The notes beneath the pieces were generated by a model that saw only the letters and a program-made list of their open reading frames with translations, was not told the DNA's origin and did not search any database. Positions 20,401 to 30,226 of a stretch of 64,000 nt of DNA are shown in pieces. The first letter of the stretch is position 1. Each line of letters opens with the position of its first letter. Source of the stretch: Candidatus Eiseniibacteriota bacterium (GTDB lineage Bacteria; Eisenbacteria; RBG-16-71-46); the NCBI GenBank assembly GCA_038231135.1, contig JBBRLX010000004.1, positions 1 to 64,000 on the forward strand, given 5' to 3'. The translations under genes were made by a program, and so were the position numbers.

Positions 20401-21588
20401 ATGGAGGTACCTTGCATGAGTGTGGGTGAAGCCGCGCCGGCGTTTCTCGGACTCGGTGTCGACCCCGATTTCGTCGCCGCGCTGGCAAAGCAGGGCATCT
20501 CCGAGCCCACCGCCATTCAACAGGTGGCGCTGCCGGTGCTCCAGTCGGGCGCCGATGCCTATCTGAACGCCGAGACCGGAACCGGCAAGACGCTGGCCTA
20601 TCTGCTGCCGATCTTCGGCCGTCTCGACCTGGGCCTGCCGGCCACGCAGGCGATGATCGTGGCGCCTACCCACGAGCTGGCGATCCAGATCCACCGGCAG
20701 TGCTGCGACCTGGCGCAGAATGCGGGCCGGCCGGTCCGCTCGCTGCTGCTGATCGGCGGCACTTCGATGGACCGCCAGCTCGACAAGCTCAAGTCCAAGC
20801 CGCACGTGGTCGTGGGCTCACCCGGCCGGATCCGCGACTTGATGGACATGCGGAAGCTGAAGGTGAAGGGGGTCCGCACGTTCGTGGTCGACGAGGCCGA
20901 CCGGCTGCTGGCTGCCGAGGGCCTGCCGGTCATCCGCGCGATCGTCGGGGCGCTGCCACCCGGGCGCCAGCTGGTGTTCGCATCGGCCACCGAGCAGCCC
21001 GAGAGCGCCGCCGTGATCGCGACGCTCGCGCCCGGCCTCGTCATGCTGCGGGCCGGCAGCGCCGCCGTGAACGCGGACATCACGCATCTCTACCTGGTGT
21101 GCGAGGAACGCGACAAGCCGCGCCTGCTGCGCCAGCTGCTGCACGCGACGCGCCCGGAGCGCGCCCTGGTGTTCGCGCACCTCAACTCGACGGCCGAGCA
21201 TGTCGCAGCGCAACTGGCGCATCATCAGATCCCGGCGGCGGAGCTCCACGGAGCCATCGACAAGCTGGGTCGCCAGCGGTCGATGGACGAGTTTCGCAGC
21301 GGCCGGGTCCCGGTGATGATCGCCTCGGACGTGGCGGCGCGCGGACTCGACATCCCGGGCGTGAGCCACGTGTTCAACCTCGACGTGCCCACGCAGAGCA
21401 AGACGTACCTGCATCGGGTGGGCCGCACCGGCCGCGCGGGGGCGAGGGGAGAGGCGATCACCCTGATGACCGAGGACGAGGTCCGTCTCGTCGGCCGCTA
21501 CGAGAGCGAGCTGGGCATCGTCATGCGGCGGGTGCGGCTGCGCGAGGGCCGCGTGATCGCGGCGCGCGACGCACCACGCGACGGCTGA
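20401..21588 (+). CDS. DEAD-box RNA helicase
   Basis: PTAIQ, AETGTGKT, PTHELA, DEAD, SAT, ARGLD and HRVGRTGR motifs. Confidence 0.95.
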   Translation: MEVPCMSVGEAAPAFLGLGVDPDFVAALAKQGISEPTAIQQVALPVLQSGADAYLNAETGTGKTLAYLLPIFGRLDLGLPATQAMIVAPTHELAIQIHRQCCDLAQNAGRPVRSLLLIGGTSMDRQLDKLKSKPHVVVGSPGRIRDLMDMRKLKVKGVRTFVVDEADRLLAAEGLPVIRAIVGALPPGRQLVFASATEQPESAAVIATLAPGLVMLRAGSAAVNADITHLYLVCEERDKPRLLRQLLHATRPERALVFAHLNSTAEHVAAQLAHHQIPAAELHGAIDKLGRQRSMDEFRSGRVPVMIASDVAARGLDIPGVSHVFNLDVPTQSKTYLHRVGRTGRAGARGEAITLMTEDEVRLVGRYESELGIVMRRVRLREGRVIAARDAPRDG

Positions 21589-21603
21589 ACGAATCCGGCC
21601 CGC

Positions 21604-21828
21604 TCAGCGCGGGCGCCCGGCCACGAAGCGCGCGTAGATGTCCTCGACCTTGCGGCGGGCGCGCGGCGCCTTGCGCAGGTACTTGAGCGCCGACGTCATG
21701 CTGGGTTCGACGCGAAAGCACTGGATGGGAATGTCCCGCGCCAGGCCGTCCCAGCCGAAGCGCTCGACCATCTCCGTGAGCATGGCCTCGAGGGTGATGC
21801 CGTGCAGGGGATTGTTGGGTTGCGACAC
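21604..21828 (-). CDS. DUF2132 / VF530-like protein
   Basis: NNPLHGITLE, GWDGL, I.IQCF..EPS.TSALKYLRK.P.AR.KVE pattern. Confidence 0.85.
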   Translation of the reverse strand: MSQPNNPLHGITLEAMLTEMVERFGWDGLARDIPIQCFRVEPSMTSALKYLRKAPRARRKVEDIYARFVAGRPR

Positions 21829-22170
21829 CTACTCGGTCTCGCCCTCGGGAATCACGGCATTGCGGTTCGCCAGCAACGCCAGCGCGGCCTCCTCGTTCTC
21901 GCGCTCGACCTGCAGGCGGGAGAAACCGCTCAGGTGGTCGAAGCCGGCGGTGTCGTCGATGCCTTCGCCCTCGGCCAGGACCTTGATGCCCTCCGCCTCG
22001 AGCAGCGACTTCGCCACCGCGATCTCCGACGAATCGGACGACCGCAGCACCGTCACCACGTCCGCCCAGTCGGCATCGCCGGCGGCGTCCGCGGCCACAA
22101 CCGCCGCTCCACACTTCGGGCACTTGGCGGCGTCGCTCGGAACTTCGGCGCCACAGTTGGAACAGCTCAT
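21829..22170 (-). CDS. Zinc-ribbon plus DUF2007-like protein
   Basis: CSNC..CPKC zinc ribbon, then AVAKSLLEAEGI. GAGGAGG RBS upstream. Confidence 0.8.
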   Translation of the reverse strand: MSCSNCGAEVPSDAAKCPKCGAAVVAADAAGDADWADVVTVLRSSDSSEIAVAKSLLEAEGIKVLAEGEGIDDTAGFDHLSGFSRLQVERENEEAALALLANRNAVIPEGETE

Positions 22171-22393
22171 GGGAATGCCTCCTCGAACAGGTCGCCGACG
22201 CTGCGCCTTAGTCGGATGTGCGGGTGATGGAACCCCCGCGTGCGAGATGAGACTACGCCTGCCGGGGCCCTGCTCCAATCCGGTGCCGTTTAGGCGCAGG
22301 AACCGGGGTCGCCGGGACCATGCCCCGGGTCCGGGGATTCGCACTCCAATGGTCGATGGCGGATGCTCCGAACATTCGGGTAGCGTGGGCGTC

Positions 22394-23908
22394 ATGTACC
22401 TCCGCTACGACTCCACCGCCGGCCGCTGGGCGCTGCTCGCCACCGTGCTCGGTTCGAGCCTTGCGTCGCTCGACGGCACCGTGGTCAACATCGCGCTGCC
22501 GCGGATCGGGCAGGACCTTGGCACCGGACTGTCGGGCCTGCAGTGGACGGTCAACGCCTACGCCCTCACGCTCGCCGCGTTCCTGCTGCTCGGCGGGTCG
22601 CTGGGTGACCGCTACGGACGCCGGCGGGTGTTCGTCGCGGGGGTGGTGTGGTTCATGGCGGCCTCGCTGTCGTGCGCGATCGCGCCCACGGCAAATCTGC
22701 TCATCGCGGCACGCGCGCTGCAGGGACTGGGAGCGGCGCTGCTGGTTCCGGGCAGCCTCGCCATCCTCGAGGCGAGCTTCCACCCGGATGACCGCTCGGC
22801 CGCGATCGGAGCGTGGTCCGGGCTGGGAGGCGTCGCGATCGCGATCGGCCCGTTCCTCGGGGGCTGGCTCGTGCAGGCGGTATCGTGGCGGCTGATCTTC
22901 CTGATCAACGTCCCGCTCGCGATCGGCGTGGTGTGGGTGTCGCTGCGGCATCTGCCGGAGACGCGCGACCCCCACGCCGCCACGACGCTGGACCTGCCGG
23001 GCACGTCGCTCACCGCGCTCGGCCTCGCCGGACTGACGTACACGCTGACCGAGGGGGGCCACCTCGGATGGAACTCGCCGGTCGTGCTCACCACCGGCAT
23101 CGGAGGTGCGCTGGCGCTCGCGGCGCTCGTGGTATTCGAGACCCGCACGCGGCACCCAATGCTGCCGCCCGCGCTGTTTCGCTCCCGGCAATTCGTGGCG
23201 GCGAACCTGGTCACACTGATCGTCTACGCCGCGCTCGGCGGCTCGATCTTCCTGCTGCCCGTCGTCCTGCAGCGCGCCGTGGGCTTGTCGCCGCTCCAGG
23301 CTGGCGCGGCGCTGGCGCCGATCACGCTCATCATGCTCACGCTGTCGGCCCGGGCCGGCCACCTGTCGCAGCGCATCGGCCCGCGGATTCCGATGACGCT
23401 CGGCCCGATCGTCGCCGGCGCGGGCCTCGCGTTGCTCACGCGCGTGGGACCGGGCGCCCGCTATGTCACCGACATCCTGCCAGGAGTCGCGGTGTTCGGA
23501 CTGGGACTGTCGCTGACGGTCGCGCCACTCACCTCGACGGTGCTCGCCGCGATCGGCGACGAGCAGGCGGGGGTCGCGTCCGCGGTCAACAACGCCGTGT
23601 CGCGCGTGGCCGGGCTGATCGCGGTGGCCGCGCTGCCGGTCGTCGTCGGACTGTCGGCGGACGCGTTCGGGCAGCCGGCCGCACTGGCCGCAGGATTCCA
23701 CTCTGCGATGTGGATCACGGGAGGGATGTGCGCGGCAGGAGGCCTGGTCGCGGCGCTCACGATTCGCAATCCCGATACGAAACCGGCTCAGGCGGTCGTG
23801 CCCATGCTGCACTGCGGCGTCGACGCGACGCCGCTCCGGGGTGCGTGTGCGCACGCTGCGCATGTCACACGCGTGACAACCGCTCCGCTCCGCCCGGATC
23901 ACCATTGA
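22394..23908 (+). CDS. MFS DHA2 (EmrB/QacA-like) efflux transporter
   Basis: LDGTVVNIALP, GSLGDRYGRRR, WRLIFLINVP motifs and 14 TM segments. Confidence 0.92.
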   Translation: MYLRYDSTAGRWALLATVLGSSLASLDGTVVNIALPRIGQDLGTGLSGLQWTVNAYALTLAAFLLLGGSLGDRYGRRRVFVAGVVWFMAASLSCAIAPTANLLIAARALQGLGAALLVPGSLAILEASFHPDDRSAAIGAWSGLGGVAIAIGPFLGGWLVQAVSWRLIFLINVPLAIGVVWVSLRHLPETRDPHAATTLDLPGTSLTALGLAGLTYTLTEGGHLGWNSPVVLTTGIGGALALAALVVFETRTRHPMLPPALFRSRQFVAANLVTLIVYAALGGSIFLLPVVLQRAVGLSPLQAGAALAPITLIMLTLSARAGHLSQRIGPRIPMTLGPIVAGAGLALLTRVGPGARYVTDILPGVAVFGLGLSLTVAPLTSTVLAAIGDEQAGVASAVNNAVSRVAGLIAVAALPVVVGLSADAFGQPAALAAGFHSAMWITGGMCAAGGLVAALTIRNPDTKPAQAVVPMLHCGVDATPLRGACAHAAHVTRVTTAPLRPDHH

Positions 23909-24012
23909 ATACGCTGGGTCCGGACCGTCGGGGCGTGCCGTCCCGGGGGACGATGTGGCTCGGACCCGCATCCATGGCTCACCGGAGCGGTTCCACGTAC
24001 CGATAACCCGGT

Positions 24013-26148
24013 ATGGAGTTCCTCAAGCCAGCGTTGCTGTTCATGGCGCTGTCGTGCGCGGTGCTGGCCACCTCGTTCCTGTACGTCTGGGTCACCTATG
24101 GCCGGCGTCGCTACGCCCTGTATTGGGGACTGGCGTGGCTCGTCGCCGTCCCGCACCTGGCCTGCAACTGGCTCATGGTCGGCGCGCCCAACGCTCCGCT
24201 GCTGGAAATCATCGATCAGCTGCTGCTGGTGGCGAACGCGTCCCTGATGGTGTGCGGATGCTACGCCTTCGCATTCGGCCGCATTCCGCTGGGGAGGATC
24301 AGCGCCCTCGCCCTGCCGTTCATCGCATGGGGGGTATTCGCGCCGCTGCAGACGGCCGAATTCGCCCGTACGCAGATTCCCGATGCGATCCTGCTCGGCG
24401 GCAGTTACCTGTGGACGGCAGGCACGTTCCTGAATCTGTACCGCGCCAAGCACACCCGGGGCACGCTGGTGATCGCGCTGCTGTTCGCGCTCGCGGGCCT
24501 GCACGAACTCGATTATCCGCTGTTCGGCGACGTCGCGTGGGCGGCGCCGGTGGGATATACCATCGCGTCGATGCTGGCGATGTCGATCGCGGTGAGCCTG
24601 CTGATCCTCATTCTCGAGGAATCCCGCATCGAGGTGGACCAGGAGCGGGCACGGCTGTACGGCGTGCTCGACGCCCTGCCGGTCGGCGTGCTCATGCTCG
24701 ATCCCGCGGGCTCGCTGGTGCTCGACAACCGCGCGGCGCGCGCGCTGCTCGGAGACGCCACCGCCGAGGCTCCCATCACGATGGCAGCGCTCGCGACCCG
24801 GTTGCTGCCGCCGGGTGACGACTCCGCTGTCGAGCCGGCGGCCGAGGCGCCCATGCTGCGATCGCTGCGCAGCGGCGAGACCTGTCCCCCGGAGGAGTTC
24901 GCCCTGCTCGACGGGACCGGCGTGCGACACTCGGTGCTGGTCAACGCCGGCCCGGTGCGCGACGCGAATACCAGCCTGCTCGGCGTCGTCACGGTCCTGC
25001 AGGATGTCGAGGCCTGGAAACAGATCGAGCGGCAGATGGTGCGCACCCAGCGCCTGCAGGCACTCGGCACGCTGGCCTCGGGCGTGGCGCACAACTTCAA
25101 CAACAACCTCGCGCTCATCCTGGGCCATGCCCAGCTCGCGCTACAGGCGGCCACCGGCGCTCCCGAACGCGTGCGGCTCAACGCCATCTGTCAAATCGCG
25201 ACCGACAGCGTGGGCATCGTGAGCCGGATCCAGGATCTGGCCCGGGCGCGTCCGTCCGGCGTCCGATCCGTGACGGTATTCGACCTCGGCGCGCTGGTGC
25301 ACGACGTCATCGAGTTGTCGCGCCCGCGCTGGCGCGACGACGCCGACGCCGCGGGCATCCACTATGTCGTCGATACCGGACTCGAGAGCGATGTCCTCGT
25401 CGCCGGCCAGCCGGGCGATCTGCGGGAGGCCATCCTCAATCTGGTGATCAACGCGCTCGACGCGATGCCTGCGGGCGGGCGGCTGAGCGTGAGCGTGTCG
25501 GCCGACGCCGCCGAGGCGTGCCTGCGACTGACCGACGACGGCCAGGGCATGCCCACGGAGATTCGCGAACGGATCTTCGACCCATTCTTCAGCACCAAGG
25601 GCGTGCGCGGCACGGGTCTCGGCCTGTCGCTCGTATTCGGGGTCGTCGAGCGGCACGCGGGCCGCATCGCGGTCGACAGCGCGCCCGGCACCGGCACCAC
25701 GTTCACCCTGCACTTTCCGCTCGCGGCGGGGGCGCTGCCGCAGAGCCCCGCGCTGGGAGGGACGTCGGCTTCGTCGCTGCACATGCTGGTCGTCGACGAC
25801 GACGCGGCGCTGCGCGCGATGACCGTCGAGATGCTCGTCGCGGCGGGATATCGGGCAACCCCCGCGCAGTCGCCGCAACTCGCCCTGCAGATGCTGGAGG
25901 ACGTGCAGTTCGACCTGGTGTTCACCGATCTCGCGATGCCGGGTGTGACGGGCTGGGAGATCGCCGCCCACGCCGCGCGCATGCGCCCCGGCATGCCGGT
26001 CGTGCTGGTCACGGGATGGGGTCAGACGATCACCGCCGAGGACTGCGCGATGCATGGCACCGTGTCCGTGCTCCCCAAGCCGTTCACCCTCTCGCAACTC
26101 CGCGTCGCGGTGGAGCAGGCCACGAGTCGTTTGGAAGCCGCGGCCTGA
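24013..26148 (+). CDS. Hybrid sensor histidine kinase (7TM-PAS-HisKA-HATPase-REC)
   Basis: Seven N-terminal TM segments, PAS domain, AHNFNN H-box, NLVINA, DDGQG, FFSTK, GTGLGL and a receiver with TDLAMP. Confidence 0.92.
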   Translation: MEFLKPALLFMALSCAVLATSFLYVWVTYGRRRYALYWGLAWLVAVPHLACNWLMVGAPNAPLLEIIDQLLLVANASLMVCGCYAFAFGRIPLGRISALALPFIAWGVFAPLQTAEFARTQIPDAILLGGSYLWTAGTFLNLYRAKHTRGTLVIALLFALAGLHELDYPLFGDVAWAAPVGYTIASMLAMSIAVSLLILILEESRIEVDQERARLYGVLDALPVGVLMLDPAGSLVLDNRAARALLGDATAEAPITMAALATRLLPPGDDSAVEPAAEAPMLRSLRSGETCPPEEFALLDGTGVRHSVLVNAGPVRDANTSLLGVVTVLQDVEAWKQIERQMVRTQRLQALGTLASGVAHNFNNNLALILGHAQLALQAATGAPERVRLNAICQIATDSVGIVSRIQDLARARPSGVRSVTVFDLGALVHDVIELSRPRWRDDADAAGIHYVVDTGLESDVLVAGQPGDLREAILNLVINALDAMPAGGRLSVSVSADAAEACLRLTDDGQGMPTEIRERIFDPFFSTKGVRGTGLGLSLVFGVVERHAGRIAVDSAPGTGTTFTLHFPLAAGALPQSPALGGTSASSLHMLVVDDDAALRAMTVEMLVAAGYRATPAQSPQLALQMLEDVQFDLVFTDLAMPGVTGWEIAAHAARMRPGMPVVLVTGWGQTITAEDCAMHGTVSVLPKPFTLSQLRVAVEQATSRLEAAA

Positions 26149-26189
26149 CCGACGGCGGTTGCAATATGCACGAGTTTGGCGCCGAGTCA

Positions 26190-26206
26190 CTGGCCCCGGA
26201 GTTGCG
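26190..26206 (+). promoter_or_regulatory. Possible sigma54 (-24/-12) promoter
   Basis: CTGGCCCCGGAGTTGCG fits GG-N10-GC, about 240 nt upstream of the ice-binding gene. Confidence 0.3.
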
Positions 26207-26447
26207 CATGATCGCCACCGAACGCTCACTTCCACGAGCGTCGCAAGCACCCCGCAAACCAGTGTCCCTGGAAGTTCCCCTGCATTCGAGACACCCGGCG
26301 ACGACGCAGCCATGAGGCGCCGCCATCGCGTCCCGATCTGCCTTGCACTTGTAACAATGGGTTTGGCCGCTGGAACCGGGGTAACACCCCGGAACGCAGT
26401 TCGCAGGTGCGTTCGATCGCACCCTCATCTGAATCGGAGTCACATCG

Positions 26448-27551
26448 ATGTCACGTTACATACTGTTACTCGCGTCGGTCGCGCTGCTCGGCACGGCTTG
26501 CACACGCACACCGGCCGGGGTGTTGGTGGATACGACCGCGCCCACCGTCATGTCCACGTACCCCACGAGCGGAGCTGTCGGGGTGCCCCGCAACCCGACC
26601 GTCGCTGTGGTCTTCAGTGACGCGATGGCGCCCGCGACCCTGACCGGTTCGTTCGTCATGACCGACGGCGTCACGGTCGTGCCGGCCACGGTGCACTGCG
26701 TCGGCACCCGGGTGACCCTGATTCCAACGGCCCAGCTCGCCTCGAACACGATGTACACCGCCACGGTTTCCACCGCCGCCCAGAACGTGTCGGGCATCGC
26801 GATGGCGGCCACGATGACGTGGAGCTTCACGACCGTTGCGACTTCGGTCACAGGACCCGGGGCAGTCAATCTCCGGACGGCGGCCAACTACGTGATCCTG
26901 GCGAAATCCGCGATCTCGACCACCGGAGCCACCTCGGTTCTCGGCGATATCGCGCTGAGCCCCGCCGCCGCCGCGTTCATCACGGGTTTTGGCCTGACGT
27001 CACCTCCGTCCACGTTCTCCACGTCGTCGCTCGTGACCGGCAAGGTGTGGGCGGCCAATTACGCCCCTCCGACGCCGGCCAACCTGACGACGGCAGTGCT
27101 CGACATGCAGACGGCCTACACCGACGCCGCGGGACGCACGCTTCCGGACTTCACGGAGCTCGGAGCCGGCAATATCAACGGGATGAACCTGGTTCCCGGT
27201 CTCTACAAATGGGGTACAGGAGTCTCCATCCCGATATCGCTCACCCTTACGGGCGGCGTGAACGATGTTTGGATCTTCCAGGTCGGACAGAGTCTCACGG
27301 TAGGCAACGGTGCCATCGTGACCCTGAGTGGAGGCGCCCAGGCCAGCAATGTGTTCTGGCAGGTCGCCGGCCAGGCGACGTTCGGCACGACGGCGCAATT
27401 CAAGGGAATCATTCTGTCCAAGACGCTGATCTCGTTCAACACCCACTCCACGTTGACGGGCCGCGCACTGGCGCAGACCGCGGTGACCCTCAACGCGACC
27501 GCGATCACGAATCCGGCGTCCCTCAGCGCCACCTCGATCAAGAATCCCTAG
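26448..27551 (+). CDS. Lipoprotein with Ig-like (Big_5) domain and DUF3494 ice-binding domain
   Basis: Lipobox LGTAC and DTTAPTV..TYP Ig domain. DUF3494 motifs ILAKSAIS, AVLDMQTAYTDAAGR, LVPGLYKW, VWIFQ, NVFWQVAG and GRALAQTAVTL. Confidence 0.9.
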   Translation: MSRYILLLASVALLGTACTRTPAGVLVDTTAPTVMSTYPTSGAVGVPRNPTVAVVFSDAMAPATLTGSFVMTDGVTVVPATVHCVGTRVTLIPTAQLASNTMYTATVSTAAQNVSGIAMAATMTWSFTTVATSVTGPGAVNLRTAANYVILAKSAISTTGATSVLGDIALSPAAAAFITGFGLTSPPSTFSTSSLVTGKVWAANYAPPTPANLTTAVLDMQTAYTDAAGRTLPDFTELGAGNINGMNLVPGLYKWGTGVSIPISLTLTGGVNDVWIFQVGQSLTVGNGAIVTLSGGAQASNVFWQVAGQATFGTTAQFKGIILSKTLISFNTHSTLTGRALAQTAVTLNATAITNPASLSATSIKNP

Positions 27552-27572
27552 TTCCGACCGGCCGCAGACGGT

Positions 27573-27601
27573 CCGAGGCCCCTCGCCATGAGGGGCCTCG
27601 G
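27573..27601. terminator. Hairpin between convergent genes
   Basis: CCGAGGCCCCTC-GCCAT-GAGGGGCCTCGG, a perfect 12-bp stem. Confidence 0.65.
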
Positions 27602-27630
27602 CCACGATTGCTCGTTGCGATTGCGCCGCT

Positions 27631-29472
27631 TCACCAGAGACGCGTGACCCTCGCCACGCGGGTCGTGCCCCCCGCCGTAACGCGCACGAAATACACGCCG
27701 GGCGCCACCTTTCGTCCGGCATCGCTGCGCCCATCCCACGACAACTCGTGCCTTCCGGCCGCGAACGTGCCCACGACGAGTGTACGAATGCTCCGCCCCG
27801 AGACGTCGGCGACGGACACGCGCGTGCGCGCCGCGATCGGCAGCCCGAACTCCACGCGCACCGTGCCGAACGCCGGGTTGGGAGAGAGTTGCGGGCGTCC
27901 GAAGTCCGCGGTCGCGCCGGGACTGGGGACGCTCGCGAACGGCGTGAAGGGTACGGCGTCGCCACCATCGATCGTGACGGGCCCGGCGCCCGATGCATGC
28001 AGGTCGAGATCCGTGATGTCATCGACGACTGAAATCGTGGAGCCCGGCAAGGGATCCATCGGCTCGAAGTCGATCTCGTTCGCCACATAGCTGGAGTTGG
28101 TGAAGTTGGCGGAGTGCGGCGCCAGGCTGGGCACGATGACCGTTTCACCGGGGCAAGGCGGTGTCCGGCAGTTGAAGATGATCTTCGGACGTCCATCCGC
28201 GCGGAGCGCGATCACCACAACGTACTCGATCATGGACGCGGCGACGGAAACAGGGCCCGCCGGGTCCGCGATATCGGCCACCTGGGCGCCGTCCAGGTAG
28301 AGCACCACGCGATATCCGCTCGCTCCGCTGGACGAAAAGTCGGGAACGAGTGTCGTGCTACTGCTCGATACGGACATCGAAACCGTGCCCAGGTGTTGAT
28401 CCGAAGCGCCTCCGACCACACCATAGGCGTCCCATTGAACCGCCGCGGGTGAGGAGGAGGATGGACCCGCGTTCGAGACGGTGAGCGAGAGCTGCTTTAT
28501 CGGTGGTCTCGTCGTTCCCGTCGATACCAGCGTTGGGCTCTCGCGTAACCGGCTGTCCTGACCCGATGACCCCAGATTGTCGATCGCCATCGAGCTCGAT
28601 AGCCCCCCCGAGACCCATAGCGCATCGCCGATCGCCTCGAGCTCGACCCCCGGGCCATTCGGACAGTTGATGCCGGCGCACGGCGGATCGACCGCCTCGT
28701 CGTCGATCGTGAAAGTCCCAGGTCCGCCGCTCGCGGGCCAGGCGCCATTGATGGCGATGGGACCGACCGTACTCGCGTCGTCACCGCCATCGCGGAAGAA
28801 GCGCAGTCCCCGGCATTCCGTCGTCGTCGAGCCGTCGTGGACCAGCACGGTCGACGAGTAGAACATCTCGATGGACTGGCTCCTCGGGGACCGGAACCGG
28901 ATGCTCGTGAGCGGCGGCCCGATGACCATCTGGGCGCCCGGACGGCCCGGAGACGCCGCGAGGAGCAGCTTCTTCGCAACCGCCAGATCGTACCCGGCGG
29001 TCTTCACTTTCCGTGCGATCACGGCACCCTGGGCGTCGAGCAGCTCGAGCCACGAGGTGGCGGCGTGGGCGCCCGAAAAATCGGGGGACAGGATCTCGCT
29101 GTCATCGGCGAGGCGCGAGACGTGGAGCTTCGCAACCGGAACGCTGGCCCCCGCGACAGTTCCGATGACGACGAAGGTATGCGAGGTCCCGGCCGTGAAT
29201 TCCGCGTCGTAGTTGGGGAACGACACCGCGTAGCCGCGGGCGCCATCCGCGAGCTTGATCTCGACGCCGTCCTGGCCGCTGCTGCCGAGATTGTGGACCG
29301 GGAGTCTGCGAGCCGCGTCGACTCCCACCACGGCGCTGCCGAGCGCCTGGTGGATCAGGCCGTCGTGGATCACGTCGCCGGGTGTGCCCTGCGCGGAGGC
29401 CTCGCGCCAACCGGGCAGTGCAAGGCTGGTCAAAATGCCAATGGTGAAGACGAGACGAAACGCCGAGGGCAT
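27631..29472 (-). CDS. Secreted protein with duplicated NLGSSGQD domain and C-terminal FlgD-like Ig domain
   Basis: Signal peptide and AAGGA RBS. Two internal repeats (LG.A..NLGSSGQD..PDFS). C-terminal PNP..DVSGR.IRTL..WDGRSDAGR.VAPGVYF. Confidence 0.8.
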   Translation of the reverse strand: MPSAFRLVFTIGILTSLALPGWREASAQGTPGDVIHDGLIHQALGSAVVGVDAARRLPVHNLGSSGQDGVEIKLADGARGYAVSFPNYDAEFTAGTSHTFVVIGTVAGASVPVAKLHVSRLADDSEILSPDFSGAHAATSWLELLDAQGAVIARKVKTAGYDLAVAKKLLLAASPGRPGAQMVIGPPLTSIRFRSPRSQSIEMFYSSTVLVHDGSTTTECRGLRFFRDGGDDASTVGPIAINGAWPASGGPGTFTIDDEAVDPPCAGINCPNGPGVELEAIGDALWVSGGLSSSMAIDNLGSSGQDSRLRESPTLVSTGTTRPPIKQLSLTVSNAGPSSSSPAAVQWDAYGVVGGASDQHLGTVSMSVSSSSTTLVPDFSSSGASGYRVVLYLDGAQVADIADPAGPVSVAASMIEYVVVIALRADGRPKIIFNCRTPPCPGETVIVPSLAPHSANFTNSSYVANEIDFEPMDPLPGSTISVVDDITDLDLHASGAGPVTIDGGDAVPFTPFASVPSPGATADFGRPQLSPNPAFGTVRVEFGLPIAARTRVSVADVSGRSIRTLVVGTFAAGRHELSWDGRSDAGRKVAPGVYFVRVTAGGTTRVARVTRLW

Positions 29473-29857
29473 GGCTGGTTCCTTTCTTCGTCGATGAACC
29501 GCAATCGACCCGCCGACATGGCCTGGGAATGGCCAGTGGGTCGCGAACTGCATTCGCGCTCGGAATGTTACGCCTCGGCAAAGTGCGTGTCCATAGCGAC
29601 TTCGCGAGGCTTACAGCCTCCCATCACTGCGAATTGACTATCTTTCCCGGACGAATTGCCCGATGGTGGCTGCAGTCTTCGGTTGTGTGTGGGTGTGTCA
29701 TCGACGTTCCGAGCCGCCAGGGACCTCCCCGGCGGCTTTTCTCGTAACTCGGCTGCTCTCCATCGATCGAAGCGACGGTCACAGCGACCGGACGCGGCCG
29801 CGGCGTGATACCGCGGCAAGTGCGGGTCTTCGGGCCCGAGTTCAACAGGAGTTCCAA

Positions 29858-30058
29858 GTGGCAAACGGCACCGTGAAGTGGTTCAACGAGGCGAAGGGAT
29901 TCGGCTTCATCTCCCAGGCGGACGGCGAGGACGTGTTCGTGCACTTCTCCGCCATTCAGGGTGAGGGCTTCAAGACTCTGGCCGAGGGTGATGCGCTCGA
30001 ATTCGACGTGACGCGCGGTCCGAAGGGGCTGCAGGCGGCGAACGTTCGCCCGGTCTGA
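29858..30058 (+). CDS. cspA: Cold-shock protein
   Basis: [15 protein letters not shown] and DVFVHFSAI motifs. GTG start with AGGAG RBS. Confidence 0.95.
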   Translation: MANGTVKWFNEAKGFGFISQADGEDVFVHFSAIQGEGFKTLAEGDALEFDVTRGPKGLQAANVRPV

Positions 30059-30083
30059 GCCTCGGGTACCACATCGCGTGACG

Positions 30084-30111
30084 GGGGCGGCGTTCGCAAG
30101 AACGCCGCCCC
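30084..30111 (+). terminator. Intrinsic terminator of csp
   Basis: GGGGCGGCGTTC-GCAA-GAACGCCGCCCC stem with a GNRA loop. Confidence 0.75.
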
Positions 30112-30120
30112 TAGCGTTTG

Positions 30121-30226
30121 GTACGCCCAACGGGCGCTGACTCGGAGGTGTGAGTCCTCCGGTCACAAGGACCCAAGGGAACCGCAAGGGCGCAACCGCG
30201 AGGGAGCGTCTGAAGGAAGCGGGGAA
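30121..30226 (+). mobile_element. Probable truncated 5' end of a group IIC intron
   Basis: Begins GTACGCCCAACGGGCG, followed by the hairpin GGAGGTGTGAGTCCTCC. Lies 9 nt after a terminator hairpin. No RT ORF follows. Confidence 0.55.

Noticed and set aside
21638..22393. Long N-terminal extension of the MFS ORF
   Set aside because: It overlaps two real minus-strand genes; the true start is near 22394.
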